A stretch of 64,000 nt of DNA from Candidatus Stammera capleta. GTDB lineage: Bacteria > Pseudomonadota > Gammaproteobacteria > Enterobacterales > Enterobacteriaceae. Under the pieces are notes generated by a model. It ran no database searches. It saw nothing but the letters and a program-made list of their open reading frames with translations, and was not told the origin of the DNA. The stretch is from positions 246,274-310,273 of the forward strand of contig CP144771.1 in the NCBI GenBank assembly GCA_036689245.1, given 5' to 3'. The translations under genes and the position numbers were made by a program. Within the stretch, counting starts at the first letter, position 1; each line of letters opens with the position of its first letter. Of the stretch, positions 33,248 through 41,793 are shown piece by piece.

Positions 33248-33324
33248 GATATCACCATTTAAAATAACATTTAAATATTTATTAAAATTAAAAAATATTT
33301 TAAAAATAAATTTAAAAATTTAAA

Positions 33325-35163
33325 TTAATCATCTAAAAAACTACGTAAAATTTCAGATCTACTAGGATGACGTAATTTTCTTAAAGCTTTAGCTTCAATT
33401 TGCCTTATACGTTCTCTAGTTACATCAAATTGTTTACCTACTTCTTCTAAAGTATGATCACTATTCATATCTATACCAAAACGCATACGAAGTACTTTAG
33501 CTTCTCTTGGAGTTAAACTAGATAAAATATCATTAGTTACATTACGTAAACTTTCTGTTGTAGCTGAATCTAATGGTAATTCTAAAGATGGATCTTCTAT
33601 AAAATCTCCTATATGTAAATCATCATCTTCTCCTATAGGAGTTTCCATAGAAATTGGTTCTTTAGCTATTTTTAAAACTTTTCTAATTTTATCTTCAGAC
33701 ATTAACATACGTATAGATAATTCTTCTGGTGTAGGTTCACGACCTATTTCTTGTAATATTTGTCTAGAAACTCTATTTAATTTATTAATTGTTTCTATCA
33801 TATGTACAGGAATTCTAATAGTACGAGCTTGATCAGCTATAGATCTAGTTATAGCTTGTCTTATCCACCATGTTGCATAAGTAGAAAATTTATATCCTCT
33901 TCTATATTCAAATTTATCTACAGCTTTCATTAATCCTATATTACCTTCTTGTATTAAATCTAAAAATTGCAAACCTCTATTTGTATATTTTTTAGCTATT
34001 GATATTACTAATCTTAAATTAGCTTCTACCATTTCTTTTTTTGCTTTTTGAGCTAAATATTGACCTCTTATAATATTTTTATTTATTTTTTTAATTTGAA
34101 AAATATTTAAATAATTTTTTTTTTCAATTAATAATAAATTATTTAATTCTAAATTTATTCTATCTATATTACTTTTTAAATTAAAAGACCAAGGTTTTTT
34201 ATTTAAATTTATAAAATTTATTAACCATTTACTATCTACTCCATATTTTAAAAAAAAATTTAAAAAAATTTTTTTAGGCATTAAACATTCATCTACACAT
34301 ATTTTCATTATTTTATTTTCTATTAAATTAATTTTATTAACTAAAACATTAATTTTTGAAATTAAATAATCAAATTGTTTATTAACTAATTTAAATTTCA
34401 TAAAATAATTTAACAATTTATTAAATTCATATTTAGTATATGGATGTTTAAAACCATAAATTTTTAAATAATTTTTAAATAAAATATATTGATAACGTAA
34501 ATTACTAAATTTTCTTTCTGAAACAACATCATCTACAGACTGAAAACTATAAAAAACATGATTACCTAAATAATTAAAATTTTTATACTTATTATTCATA
34601 TTAATATAACTACAATTATTATATAAATAATAATTATTTACATCAGTATTATAATCTATAAAACCACTTATTAAATCACAAAAACGTAAATTACCATTCT
34701 TTACATTATCATATTGATTTAAAAAATAACCTATAGATTTAAAATATAACGCTAAATAAAATTGTACTCCATTAATACCTTCTTCCATACGTTTAGATAT
34801 ATCTATTTCTCCTTCTCTAGTTAATAATTTTACAGCTCCCATTTCCCTCATATACATCCTTACAGGATCATTAGTTTTACCAATATCAGAACTAACTTTT
34901 GAAAAAATATTAGAAACTATTTCTAAAGTATTATCTTCTACACTATTATATATATTATTATTAACTACTAAATCATTAACATCAGATATATCTTCATAAA
35001 CTGGAATACCTAAATTATTAATAATATGTACTATTTTTTCTATAGAAGAATATTTAATTTTATATAAAGATAAATAATCATATAATTGAGAATAAGTAAT
35101 ATAACCTTGTTCTTTACCTTTACTAATTAAAATTTTTAACTGTAATTTAGATTTTTTTTCCAT
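33325..35163 (-). CDS. rpoD: RNA polymerase sigma factor RpoD (sigma-70)
   Basis: 612 aa. Regions 2-4 are nearly identical to E. coli ([61 protein letters not shown]). The non-conserved region is diverged. Confidence 0.98.
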   Translation of the reverse strand: MEKKSKLQLKILISKGKEQGYITYSQLYDYLSLYKIKYSSIEKIVHIINNLGIPVYEDISDVNDLVVNNNIYNSVEDNTLEIVSNIFSKVSSDIGKTNDPVRMYMREMGAVKLLTREGEIDISKRMEEGINGVQFYLALYFKSIGYFLNQYDNVKNGNLRFCDLISGFIDYNTDVNNYYLYNNCSYINMNNKYKNFNYLGNHVFYSFQSVDDVVSERKFSNLRYQYILFKNYLKIYGFKHPYTKYEFNKLLNYFMKFKLVNKQFDYLISKINVLVNKINLIENKIMKICVDECLMPKKIFLNFFLKYGVDSKWLINFINLNKKPWSFNLKSNIDRINLELNNLLLIEKKNYLNIFQIKKINKNIIRGQYLAQKAKKEMVEANLRLVISIAKKYTNRGLQFLDLIQEGNIGLMKAVDKFEYRRGYKFSTYATWWIRQAITRSIADQARTIRIPVHMIETINKLNRVSRQILQEIGREPTPEELSIRMLMSEDKIRKVLKIAKEPISMETPIGEDDDLHIGDFIEDPSLELPLDSATTESLRNVTNDILSSLTPREAKVLRMRFGIDMNSDHTLEEVGKQFDVTRERIRQIEAKALRKLRHPSRSEILRSFLDD

Positions 35164-35234
35164 AATAATAATTACATTAACTATAAATAAATTTATTAAA
35201 TATTAATTAAAATAATTCAATACTCAAATAAAAA

Positions 35235-35984
35235 TTAAAAAAATAAATTTTTTAATTTTAAAAAAAACCATATTTTTTTTTTTTCTTTTTTATTTAAACC
35301 ATATAACTTTTCTTTTAATATCATCTTTTTTAAATTTTCATTTATAATAAATAATTTTAATTTTTTTAAAAAATCAACAAAAACTATTTTTTTATTTAAT
35401 TTAAATATATTATTATCCCAACTTAATAATAATGTAAGATAATTTTTAATCCTATTATTTTCAAAAAAATTAATAATTTCTATTCCAAAAATATTTTTAT
35501 TATATATACATATATAAACTATATTTAAAAATAATCTTAATATATATATATTATATAATTTAAATAAATAATCATTAAAATTTACAAAAAAAGATAAATT
35601 AGGTTTTTTTAATAAAAAACTTATTAAATATCTTAATATATTTTTTTTTTTTTTTTTTTTTTTTTTAGAAATAAATATAAATTTATTAAATAAATTAAAA
35701 TTTAAATTACCTACTTTATTAATTAATTTATTATATAAAATAATTTTTATTACAGAAGACTTAATTTTAGAAATAAAAGGTAAAATAAGTTTTACAAAAT
35801 TAATTTTACCTTCATATGTAGAAATATCTACTTTAAGAGAAATTAAATAAAATAAAAAATCAAATATAGATTTAGAATTATTTATTCTATTTTCAAATTT
35901 ATATTTACCTTCTTTTTTTATTATAGAATCAGGGATCTTCTCCAAAAGGCAAAAAAATAAAATAAAAAGATTTTTTTTCATCAA
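35235..35984 (-). CDS. dnaG: DNA primase, C-terminal part (linker plus helicase-binding domain), in the +1 frame relative to the N-terminal part
   Basis: 249-codon open frame. From codon 19 it reads DSIIKKEGKYKFENRINNSKSIFDFLF, compared with E. coli DTLVRKEGKEAFEARMEQAMPLSAFLF. KKNILRYLISFLLKKPNL matches KRTTMRILIGLLVQNPEL. Confidence 0.85.
   Translation of the reverse strand: MMKKNLFILFFCLLEKIPDSIIKKEGKYKFENRINNSKSIFDFLFYLISLKVDISTYEGKINFVKLILPFISKIKSSVIKIILYNKLINKVGNLNFNLFNKFIFISKKKKKKKKNILRYLISFLLKKPNLSFFVNFNDYLFKLYNIYILRLFLNIVYICIYNKNIFGIEIINFFENNRIKNYLTLLLSWDNNIFKLNKKIVFVDFLKKLKLFIINENLKKMILKEKLYGLNKKEKKKIWFFLKLKNLFF
35641..35666 (-). repeat. 26-nt homopolymer (T26 on the + strand, A26 in the mRNA) inside the dnaG linker, encoding a K8 run
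   Basis: Counted directly. Flanked by a (35640) and a (35667). In frame within ORF 35235-35984 (FISKKKKKKKKNIL). Confidence 0.95.
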
Positions 35985-36972
35985 TATAATCTATTAACTT
36001 ACTAATTATTCTTTTAGAAGACTCGATACCTGATAAATCACCATCATAACAAAATATAATTTTGTTAGTATATTTAAATAAAATTTTTATTTGAATATCA
36101 CTTATAGATGTACCTAATAAACCAACGGTATATTTAATTCCAAATTGGTTCAACATTATAACATCTATATAACCTTCTACTACTAATATTTTATCTAATT
36201 TAAAAATATTTTTCTTTAAAATATTATAAAGACCATAAATACAATTTTTTTTAGAAAAAAAAATATTTGAAACAGAATTTATATATTTTGAAATATTTTC
36301 TTTACTTAAAGATCTACCTCCAAAAGCTATTATTCTACCATTTATATCATATATAGGAAAAGTTATACGATTTAAAAATCTATCATTAATATGATTATTT
36401 TTTTTAAAAAAAACACCAAATTTTAATAAAATATTTATTTCTTTATGTGAATAAGTATTAATTAGCTTAGAAATCTTATAAAAAGAAGAATATCCTAAAG
36501 AATATTCTTTAATAGAATCAAAATTTAATCCTCTATCAAATAATTTTTTAATAAAAAATTTATTATTTTTATTAAATAATGTATTAACATATATAGAATT
36601 TATTCTAACCATATATTTATAAAATATACAATTATTATTGTCATATAAAAAATAATTAATATTTCTATTATTACTATAGACTAATTTTAATCCAGTTAAA
36701 ACAGCTAATTCTTTTATACTATCTATAAAACTAATTTTATTATAATTCATTAAAAAATCAACTATATTACCATGTACTTTACATCCAAAACAATAATAAT
36801 ATTTTTTTATTTCGTTAATAATAAAAGAAGGATTATTTTCTTGATGAAATGGACAAATAGCTTTATATCTACCACCTATTTTTTTTAAATTTATTTTTCC
36901 AGATATTATTTTTTTAATATCACTAGATAATATTAAATTCCTAATAAAAAATTTAGATATATATTTCATCAT
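35929..36972 (-). CDS. dnaG: DNA primase, N-terminal part (zinc-binding plus RNA polymerase/TOPRIM domains), ending at a TGA directly after CCC
   Basis: 347 aa. Zinc motif CPFHQENNPSF...CFGCKVHG, TOPRIM VEGYIDV and FCYDGDLSG. Ends ...FLPFGEDP*. Confidence 0.93.
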   Translation of the reverse strand: MMKYISKFFIRNLILSSDIKKIISGKINLKKIGGRYKAICPFHQENNPSFIINEIKKYYYCFGCKVHGNIVDFLMNYNKISFIDSIKELAVLTGLKLVYSNNRNINYFLYDNNNCIFYKYMVRINSIYVNTLFNKNNKFFIKKLFDRGLNFDSIKEYSLGYSSFYKISKLINTYSHKEINILLKFGVFFKKNNHINDRFLNRITFPIYDINGRIIAFGGRSLSKENISKYINSVSNIFFSKKNCIYGLYNILKKNIFKLDKILVVEGYIDVIMLNQFGIKYTVGLLGTSISDIQIKILFKYTNKIIFCYDGDLSGIESSKRIISKLIDYIDEKKSFYFIFLPFGEDP

Positions 36973-36985
36973 AAATATTATTATT

Positions 36986-37189
36986 TTAAAAATTACTATT
37001 TTCTCTATTAATTTTTTTAATATATCTCTTAATTGCTGAAGTTTTAGCTCTTTTTCTTATAGTAGTAGGTTTTTCATAAAATTCTCTTTTACGCATTTCA
37101 GATAAAACTCCAGATTTTTCACATAATCTTTTAAATCTACGTAAAGCAACTTCAAAAGGTTCATTATCTTTAATTTTTATTATAGGCAT
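36986..37189 (-). CDS. rpsU: 30S ribosomal protein S21
   Basis: 67 aa. [47 protein letters not shown] is very close to E. coli S21. rpsU-dnaG-rpoD operon. Confidence 0.97.
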   Translation of the reverse strand: MPIIKIKDNEPFEVALRRFKRLCEKSGVLSEMRKREFYEKPTTIRKRAKTSAIKRYIKKINRENSNF

Positions 37190-37303
37190 AAATAATTTAA
37201 TCTCTAATAATTATCAATAAATACAATTTAATATTATAGTATTAATATATAAATTAAAATTAATATAAAATATTATTATAATACATATAAAATAAAACTA
37301 AAA

Positions 37304-38320
37304 ATGATTATATTAGGTATAGAAACTTCTTGTGATGAAACTGGAATAAGTATATATGACGAAAAAAATGGAATTTTAATTAATAAGATACATAGTCAAA
37401 AAAAAATACACTCTAAATATGGAGGAATAGTTCCAAATTTAGCTTCAAAATATCATTATAAAATTATAATTAAATTATTAAAAAAATCAATTAAAGAATG
37501 CAATCAAAACTTAAAAAATATAAATGCTATAGCATATACAGCTGGTCCTGGACTTTCTACATCATTATTAATAGGTGCTACAACTGCAATAACTTTAGCT
37601 TATTTATATAATAAGCCTTCTATACCTATAAATCATATAGAAGGACATATTATGTCTGTAATAATTAAAAAAAATATAAATTTTCCATTTCTTTCTTTAA
37701 TGACATCAGGAGCAAATACATATTTAATTATAGTTTTTAACTTTAATAAATATAAAATAATAGGAAAATCTTTAGATGATTCAGCAGGAGAAGCATTTGA
37801 TAAAATAGCTAATAAATTAGGTTTAAAATATCCAGGTGGAAAAAAATTATCAATTTTAGCTAAATTAAAAAAAAAAAAATATAATTTTCCAAGACCTATG
37901 ATATATAAAAAAAATTTAAATTTCAGCTTTTCTGGATTAAAAACATACACAATAAACAAAATTAAAAAATATAAAAATTTAAATATTACTGAAAAAGCAA
38001 ATATAGCTTATGCTTTTGAAGAATCAATAACTGATGTATTAGTAAAAAAAACTAAATTAGCTTTAAAAAAATTTAAATTAAATACAGTTACTATATCTGG
38101 GGGGGTAAGTGCAAACAAAAAATTAAAAAAAAAAATGATAAAAATGACTAAAAAATTAAAAATAAATTTTCTTTATCCTAAACAAAAACTATGTACAGAT
38201 AATGCAGCTATGATAGCATATACAGGATTAATAAAACTTAAAAATAAAAAAAATAAATATATTAATAAAAATTTAAAAATAAAAATCAAAAAAAAATGGA
38301 AAATTAATAAAAATTTTTAA
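37304..38320 (+). CDS. tsaD: tRNA N6-adenosine threonylcarbamoyltransferase TsaD
   Basis: 338 aa. ILGIETSCDETG, HIEGH and SGGVSAN. Divergent from rpsU, as in E. coli. Confidence 0.95.
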   Translation: MIILGIETSCDETGISIYDEKNGILINKIHSQKKIHSKYGGIVPNLASKYHYKIIIKLLKKSIKECNQNLKNINAIAYTAGPGLSTSLLIGATTAITLAYLYNKPSIPINHIEGHIMSVIIKKNINFPFLSLMTSGANTYLIIVFNFNKYKIIGKSLDDSAGEAFDKIANKLGLKYPGGKKLSILAKLKKKKYNFPRPMIYKKNLNFSFSGLKTYTINKIKKYKNLNITEKANIAYAFEESITDVLVKKTKLALKKFKLNTVTISGGVSANKKLKKKMIKMTKKLKINFLYPKQKLCTDNAAMIAYTGLIKLKNKKNKYINKNLKIKIKKKWKINKNF

Positions 38321-38325
38321 TTTAA

Positions 38326-39534
38326 TTAATTAATAATAAATTCTTTATTTAAAAAAGAATTAATTTTACTTAGTCTTAAATTATAAATTTTATTTTTCAT
38401 TTCTAAACCACAATAACCTAATTTAATAAATTTTTTTATATTAATATTATTTAATAACGAATAAATTCGTTTTAAATAAAAACTTAAAAAATAATAAATA
38501 AATTTATTATTTAAAGGTAAATGTTTAATATAATTAATAATTATTATAAATTTATATAAATAATCAGGTTTATTCCATATATTAATTGAATATAAAGATT
38601 CAATTAATATTATTGATACCTTTTTATTTAAAAAATAATTTATATTAATTAAATTAATAAATTTAAAAAAATTTATTGATAAAAATAAAAATTTTTTAGG
38701 TATATTTAATCTTTTTACTAAAAAATTTAGATCATAAATAAATTTTTTTTTATCCATAAAAAAATTTTTATATAATATAGTTTTATTAATAAATAAAGAA
38801 AGATAAACAAATCGTATTTCTATCAAAATATTTAAATTAATATTAATATTAATATCTAATAAATAATTAAAATAAAATAAATTTTCTTTCTTATTAAACG
38901 AAAAAGAAAATTCTGGATAAATATTTTCTAATGCATTACATTTATATAAAATATAAAAATATTTAGAAGGATATAATCCTTTAAACGATTTTTCAGTTTC
39001 TTTCCAAATTCTCTCAGAAGAAATATTTAATAAATCACCTGAAAAAACAATTTTTTTCATTAATTTTAAAGTTAAATTAAATATATAAAATTTTAAATTA
39101 TATAAATAAGAGTAAAAACGAGCAACTCTCAAAACTCTTAAAGAATCTTCAATAAAAGAATACGAAACATGTCTAATAACCTTATTTTTTAAATCTATAA
39201 TACCTTTATATGGATCATAAAAACATCCATATTTATCCATAGCTATAGCATTAATTGTTAAATCTCTACGAAATAAATCTTCTTTTAAAGTAACATTAGA
39301 AGAATTACATAAAAAAGAATTATGTTTATTACCATTTTTTTTTTCTGTACGAGCTAATGCATATTCTTCTTTAGTTTTAGGATGAATAAAAACTGGAAAA
39401 CTATTACCAACTGATTTATAACCTAAACTTAACATTTCCTTATATGTAGATCCAACTACTACCCAATCTCTATCACTTATTTTAATACCTAATAATTTAT
39501 CTCGTACACATCCTCCTACAAGATATATTTTCAT
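38326..39534 (-). CDS. cca: CCA-adding tRNA nucleotidyltransferase (the C-terminal half is degenerate)
   Basis: 402 aa. N-terminus MKIYLVGGCVRDKLLG...DRDWVVVG, RRDLTINAIA and RVLRVARF. Confidence 0.92.
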   Translation of the reverse strand: MKIYLVGGCVRDKLLGIKISDRDWVVVGSTYKEMLSLGYKSVGNSFPVFIHPKTKEEYALARTEKKNGNKHNSFLCNSSNVTLKEDLFRRDLTINAIAMDKYGCFYDPYKGIIDLKNKVIRHVSYSFIEDSLRVLRVARFYSYLYNLKFYIFNLTLKLMKKIVFSGDLLNISSERIWKETEKSFKGLYPSKYFYILYKCNALENIYPEFSFSFNKKENLFYFNYLLDINININLNILIEIRFVYLSLFINKTILYKNFFMDKKKFIYDLNFLVKRLNIPKKFLFLSINFFKFINLININYFLNKKVSIILIESLYSINIWNKPDYLYKFIIIINYIKHLPLNNKFIYYFLSFYLKRIYSLLNNINIKKFIKLGYCGLEMKNKIYNLRLSKINSFLNKEFIIN

Positions 39535-39558
39535 ATAATATATAAATAATATAATATT

Positions 39559-39768
39559 TTAAAAAATATTATTAATTAAATTTCTATCAATTAACCCACT
39601 TTCTATTTCTTTTAAAGCTAAAATAGTAGGTTTATAATTATATTTATTATCTAATAAAGATTTTTTAAGCATAAGTTGTATTTGACGAGCTCTAAATGAA
39701 GCTATTAAAACTAAATCAAATCTATTACCTATTTTATCAACAGATTTTTGAACAGTTAAAAGAGCCAT
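39559..39768 (-). CDS. rpoZ: RNA polymerase omega subunit. Start placed at the internal Met.
   Basis: [30 protein letters not shown] compared with E. coli [30 protein letters not shown]. The 12 upstream codons of the track ORF (to 39804) have no counterpart. Confidence 0.9.
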   Translation of the reverse strand: [69 protein letters not shown]

Positions 39769-39843
39769 AATATAAACACCATAAATTATATATATAATAT
39801 ACACATTATGTGTATCAATAAATAAAATAAATTTTAAAAATTT

Positions 39844-41463
39844 TTAGTTATAAATTTTTTTAATTAATAAACTATCAATTCTAAAAAATAATTTTTTATA
39901 TTTATTTAATTTATGACCTAAAATAGGTTTATTTAAACATTTCCAAGTTAATTTAATATTTAAATATTTTTCTATTTTAGATGATAAATCAGGTAATACA
40001 GGAGATAAATAAACAGATATAACTATAAATATATTAATAATTGTAGAACAAAATTCATGTAATTTTATACTTTTAATATCCATTAACCATGGTTTTTTAT
40101 CATTAATATAACTATTAACTAAATCACAAAAATCACAAATTTTAATTAAAGCACCAGAATAATCAAAATTTAAAAACATATTACTTATTAAAATTGATTT
40201 ATTAACAAAATATTTATAAAATTTAAAATCATATAAATTATTAGATAAACAACTATTAAAATAATTATCAATAAATACAGATATTCTAGATATTATATTT
40301 ATATATTTATTAACTATATCAGAATTAATTTTATTTAAAAATTCATCCATACATAAATCTATATCATTAATATGATTAGATAATTTACTAACTAAAAAAT
40401 ACCTTAAACTATCTGAATCTAAATACTTTAACCATTTTTTAGAAGTTATAAAATTATTATTAGATTTAGACATTTTATTACTATTAATTTTTAAATGTCC
40501 ATGAACAATTAAACCAGAAGGTTTACGAAAATTCATTGAATCTAAAATAGATGGCCATAATAATCCATGAAAATACAAAATATCTTTTCCTATAAAATGA
40601 TATAATTCATATTTACTATTAATATTCCAAAAATCATTAAATAAAAAAAGATTATTTATTTCACAAAAATATTTAAAATTACTAATATAAGACAAAAGAG
40701 CATCCAACCATACATAAAAATATTTACTTTTTATATAAATATTAGGAATCTTAAAACCAAAATAAGGTACATCACGTGAAATATTCCAATCATTAATATT
40801 TTTATTTAACCACATTAATAACTGATTTTTAACTTCATTTTGCAATAATGAATTATGTACCCAACTAATTATCTTTTTTCTGAAAAAATTTATATTTAAA
40901 AATAAATGTTCAGAATTTTTTAAAAAAGGTTTCTTTTTAGATAAAATAGAAATAGGATTTATTAAATCTAATACATTATATATATTACCACAAACATTAC
41001 AAGAATCACCATATTGTCTATTAGATAGACATAATGGACATTTACCTATTACAAATCTATCTGATAAAAAAATATTATGATATTTATCATAAAATTGATA
41101 AATATTCTTTTTTTTTAATAAACCTAAAACAGAAATTTTCTTTATATAATATAAAGAAAATAGATAATTATATTTATTATGAGTAGTACAATAAAAATCA
41201 TGAGAAATATTAAAATTTAAAAATTGTTGCTTATGTTCTAAATATAATTTAGAAATCATTTTTTTAGGATTAATATTTAATTCCCTAGATTTTAATAAAA
41301 TTGCAGTACCATGAGAATCATCTGAACATAAAAAATAAACATTATTACCCAACAATTTTTGATATCTTACCCAAACATCAGCTTGAACATGTTCTAAAAT
41401 ATGTCCTAAATGTATAGGACCATTAGAATAAGGTAATGCACATGTAACTAATATATTCTTCAT
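39844..41463 (-). CDS. metG: Methionine--tRNA ligase, catalytic core only
   Basis: 539 aa. ALPYSNGPIHLGH, Zn knuckle CPLC...CNVCG and KMSKS. Lacks the roughly 130-aa C-terminal appended domain of the E. coli enzyme. Confidence 0.95.
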   Translation of the reverse strand: MKNILVTCALPYSNGPIHLGHILEHVQADVWVRYQKLLGNNVYFLCSDDSHGTAILLKSRELNINPKKMISKLYLEHKQQFLNFNISHDFYCTTHNKYNYLFSLYYIKKISVLGLLKKKNIYQFYDKYHNIFLSDRFVIGKCPLCLSNRQYGDSCNVCGNIYNVLDLINPISILSKKKPFLKNSEHLFLNINFFRKKIISWVHNSLLQNEVKNQLLMWLNKNINDWNISRDVPYFGFKIPNIYIKSKYFYVWLDALLSYISNFKYFCEINNLFLFNDFWNINSKYELYHFIGKDILYFHGLLWPSILDSMNFRKPSGLIVHGHLKINSNKMSKSNNNFITSKKWLKYLDSDSLRYFLVSKLSNHINDIDLCMDEFLNKINSDIVNKYINIISRISVFIDNYFNSCLSNNLYDFKFYKYFVNKSILISNMFLNFDYSGALIKICDFCDLVNSYINDKKPWLMDIKSIKLHEFCSTIINIFIVISVYLSPVLPDLSSKIEKYLNIKLTWKCLNKPILGHKLNKYKKLFFRIDSLLIKKIYN

Positions 41464-41484
41464 AAATTAAATAAAAATAATAAA

Positions 41485-41558
41485 TCGGCGAGAGAGGATT
41501 TGAACCTCTGACCCACTGGTCCCAAACCAGTTGCGCTACCAAACTGCGCTACTCACCG
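41485..41558 (-). tRNA. tRNA-Pro (anticodon TGG)
   Basis: Close to recalled E. coli proM (CGGCGAGTAGCGCAG...ACTGGTTTGGGACCAGT...). No encoded CCA. Confidence 0.93.
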
Positions 41559-41576
41559 TATTTTAAAAATTTAAAA

Positions 41577-41650
41577 GGTGGTTAATGGGATTCGAACCCA
41601 TGACATCCGGAACCACAATCCAGCGCTCTACCTACTGAGCTATAACCACC
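41577..41650 (-). tRNA. tRNA-His (anticodon GTG) with encoded G-1
   Basis: GGTGGTTATAGCTCAGTAGGTAGAGC...GGATTGTGGTTCC...GGGTTCGAATCCCATTAACCACC. Same His-Pro linkage as E. coli hisR...proM. No encoded CCA. Confidence 0.93.
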
Positions 41651-41793
41651 AAATATTTATAATATAAATTAAAATTAAAATATTTTATTTTATATAAAAT
41701 AAATTAACATAGTTAAATTATATTATCATAAAAAAAATAGTTATAAAAGAAATATATAAAATACAAATAAAAGATATAAAAAACAAATATTGT

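Noticed and set aside
35929-35931. The idea that the in-frame TGA in dnaG reflects UGA-to-Trp recoding, as in some tiny symbiont genomes.
   Set aside because: Reading TGA as sense gives only 8 more codons before TAA, so it does not join the two halves. The tRNA-Trp in this window has anticodon CCA, not TCA. trpS terminates at TGA at the expected length. All other orthologs are full length under the standard code, so in-frame TGA codons are absent.
37633-37959. A 108-aa ORF antisense to tsaD. Similar antisense or overlapping ORFs occur at 2046-2309, 3671-3877, 14180-14371, 24917-25117, 44153-44407, 45265-45462 and 49212-49430.
   Set aside because: All are embedded in, or overlap, confidently identified genes on the opposite strand. 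All encode hydrophobic low-complexity peptides and have no homology signal. They are compositional artefacts.
39769-39804. N-terminal extensions of the track ORFs for rpoZ (12 codons, MYIIYIIYGVYI) and ompR (9 codons, 52105-52131, MVYFRVLYY).
   Set aside because: The orthologous E. coli N-termini align exactly to the internal Met codons (MALLTVQ..., MEKNHKIL...). The extensions are AT-driven open sequence.
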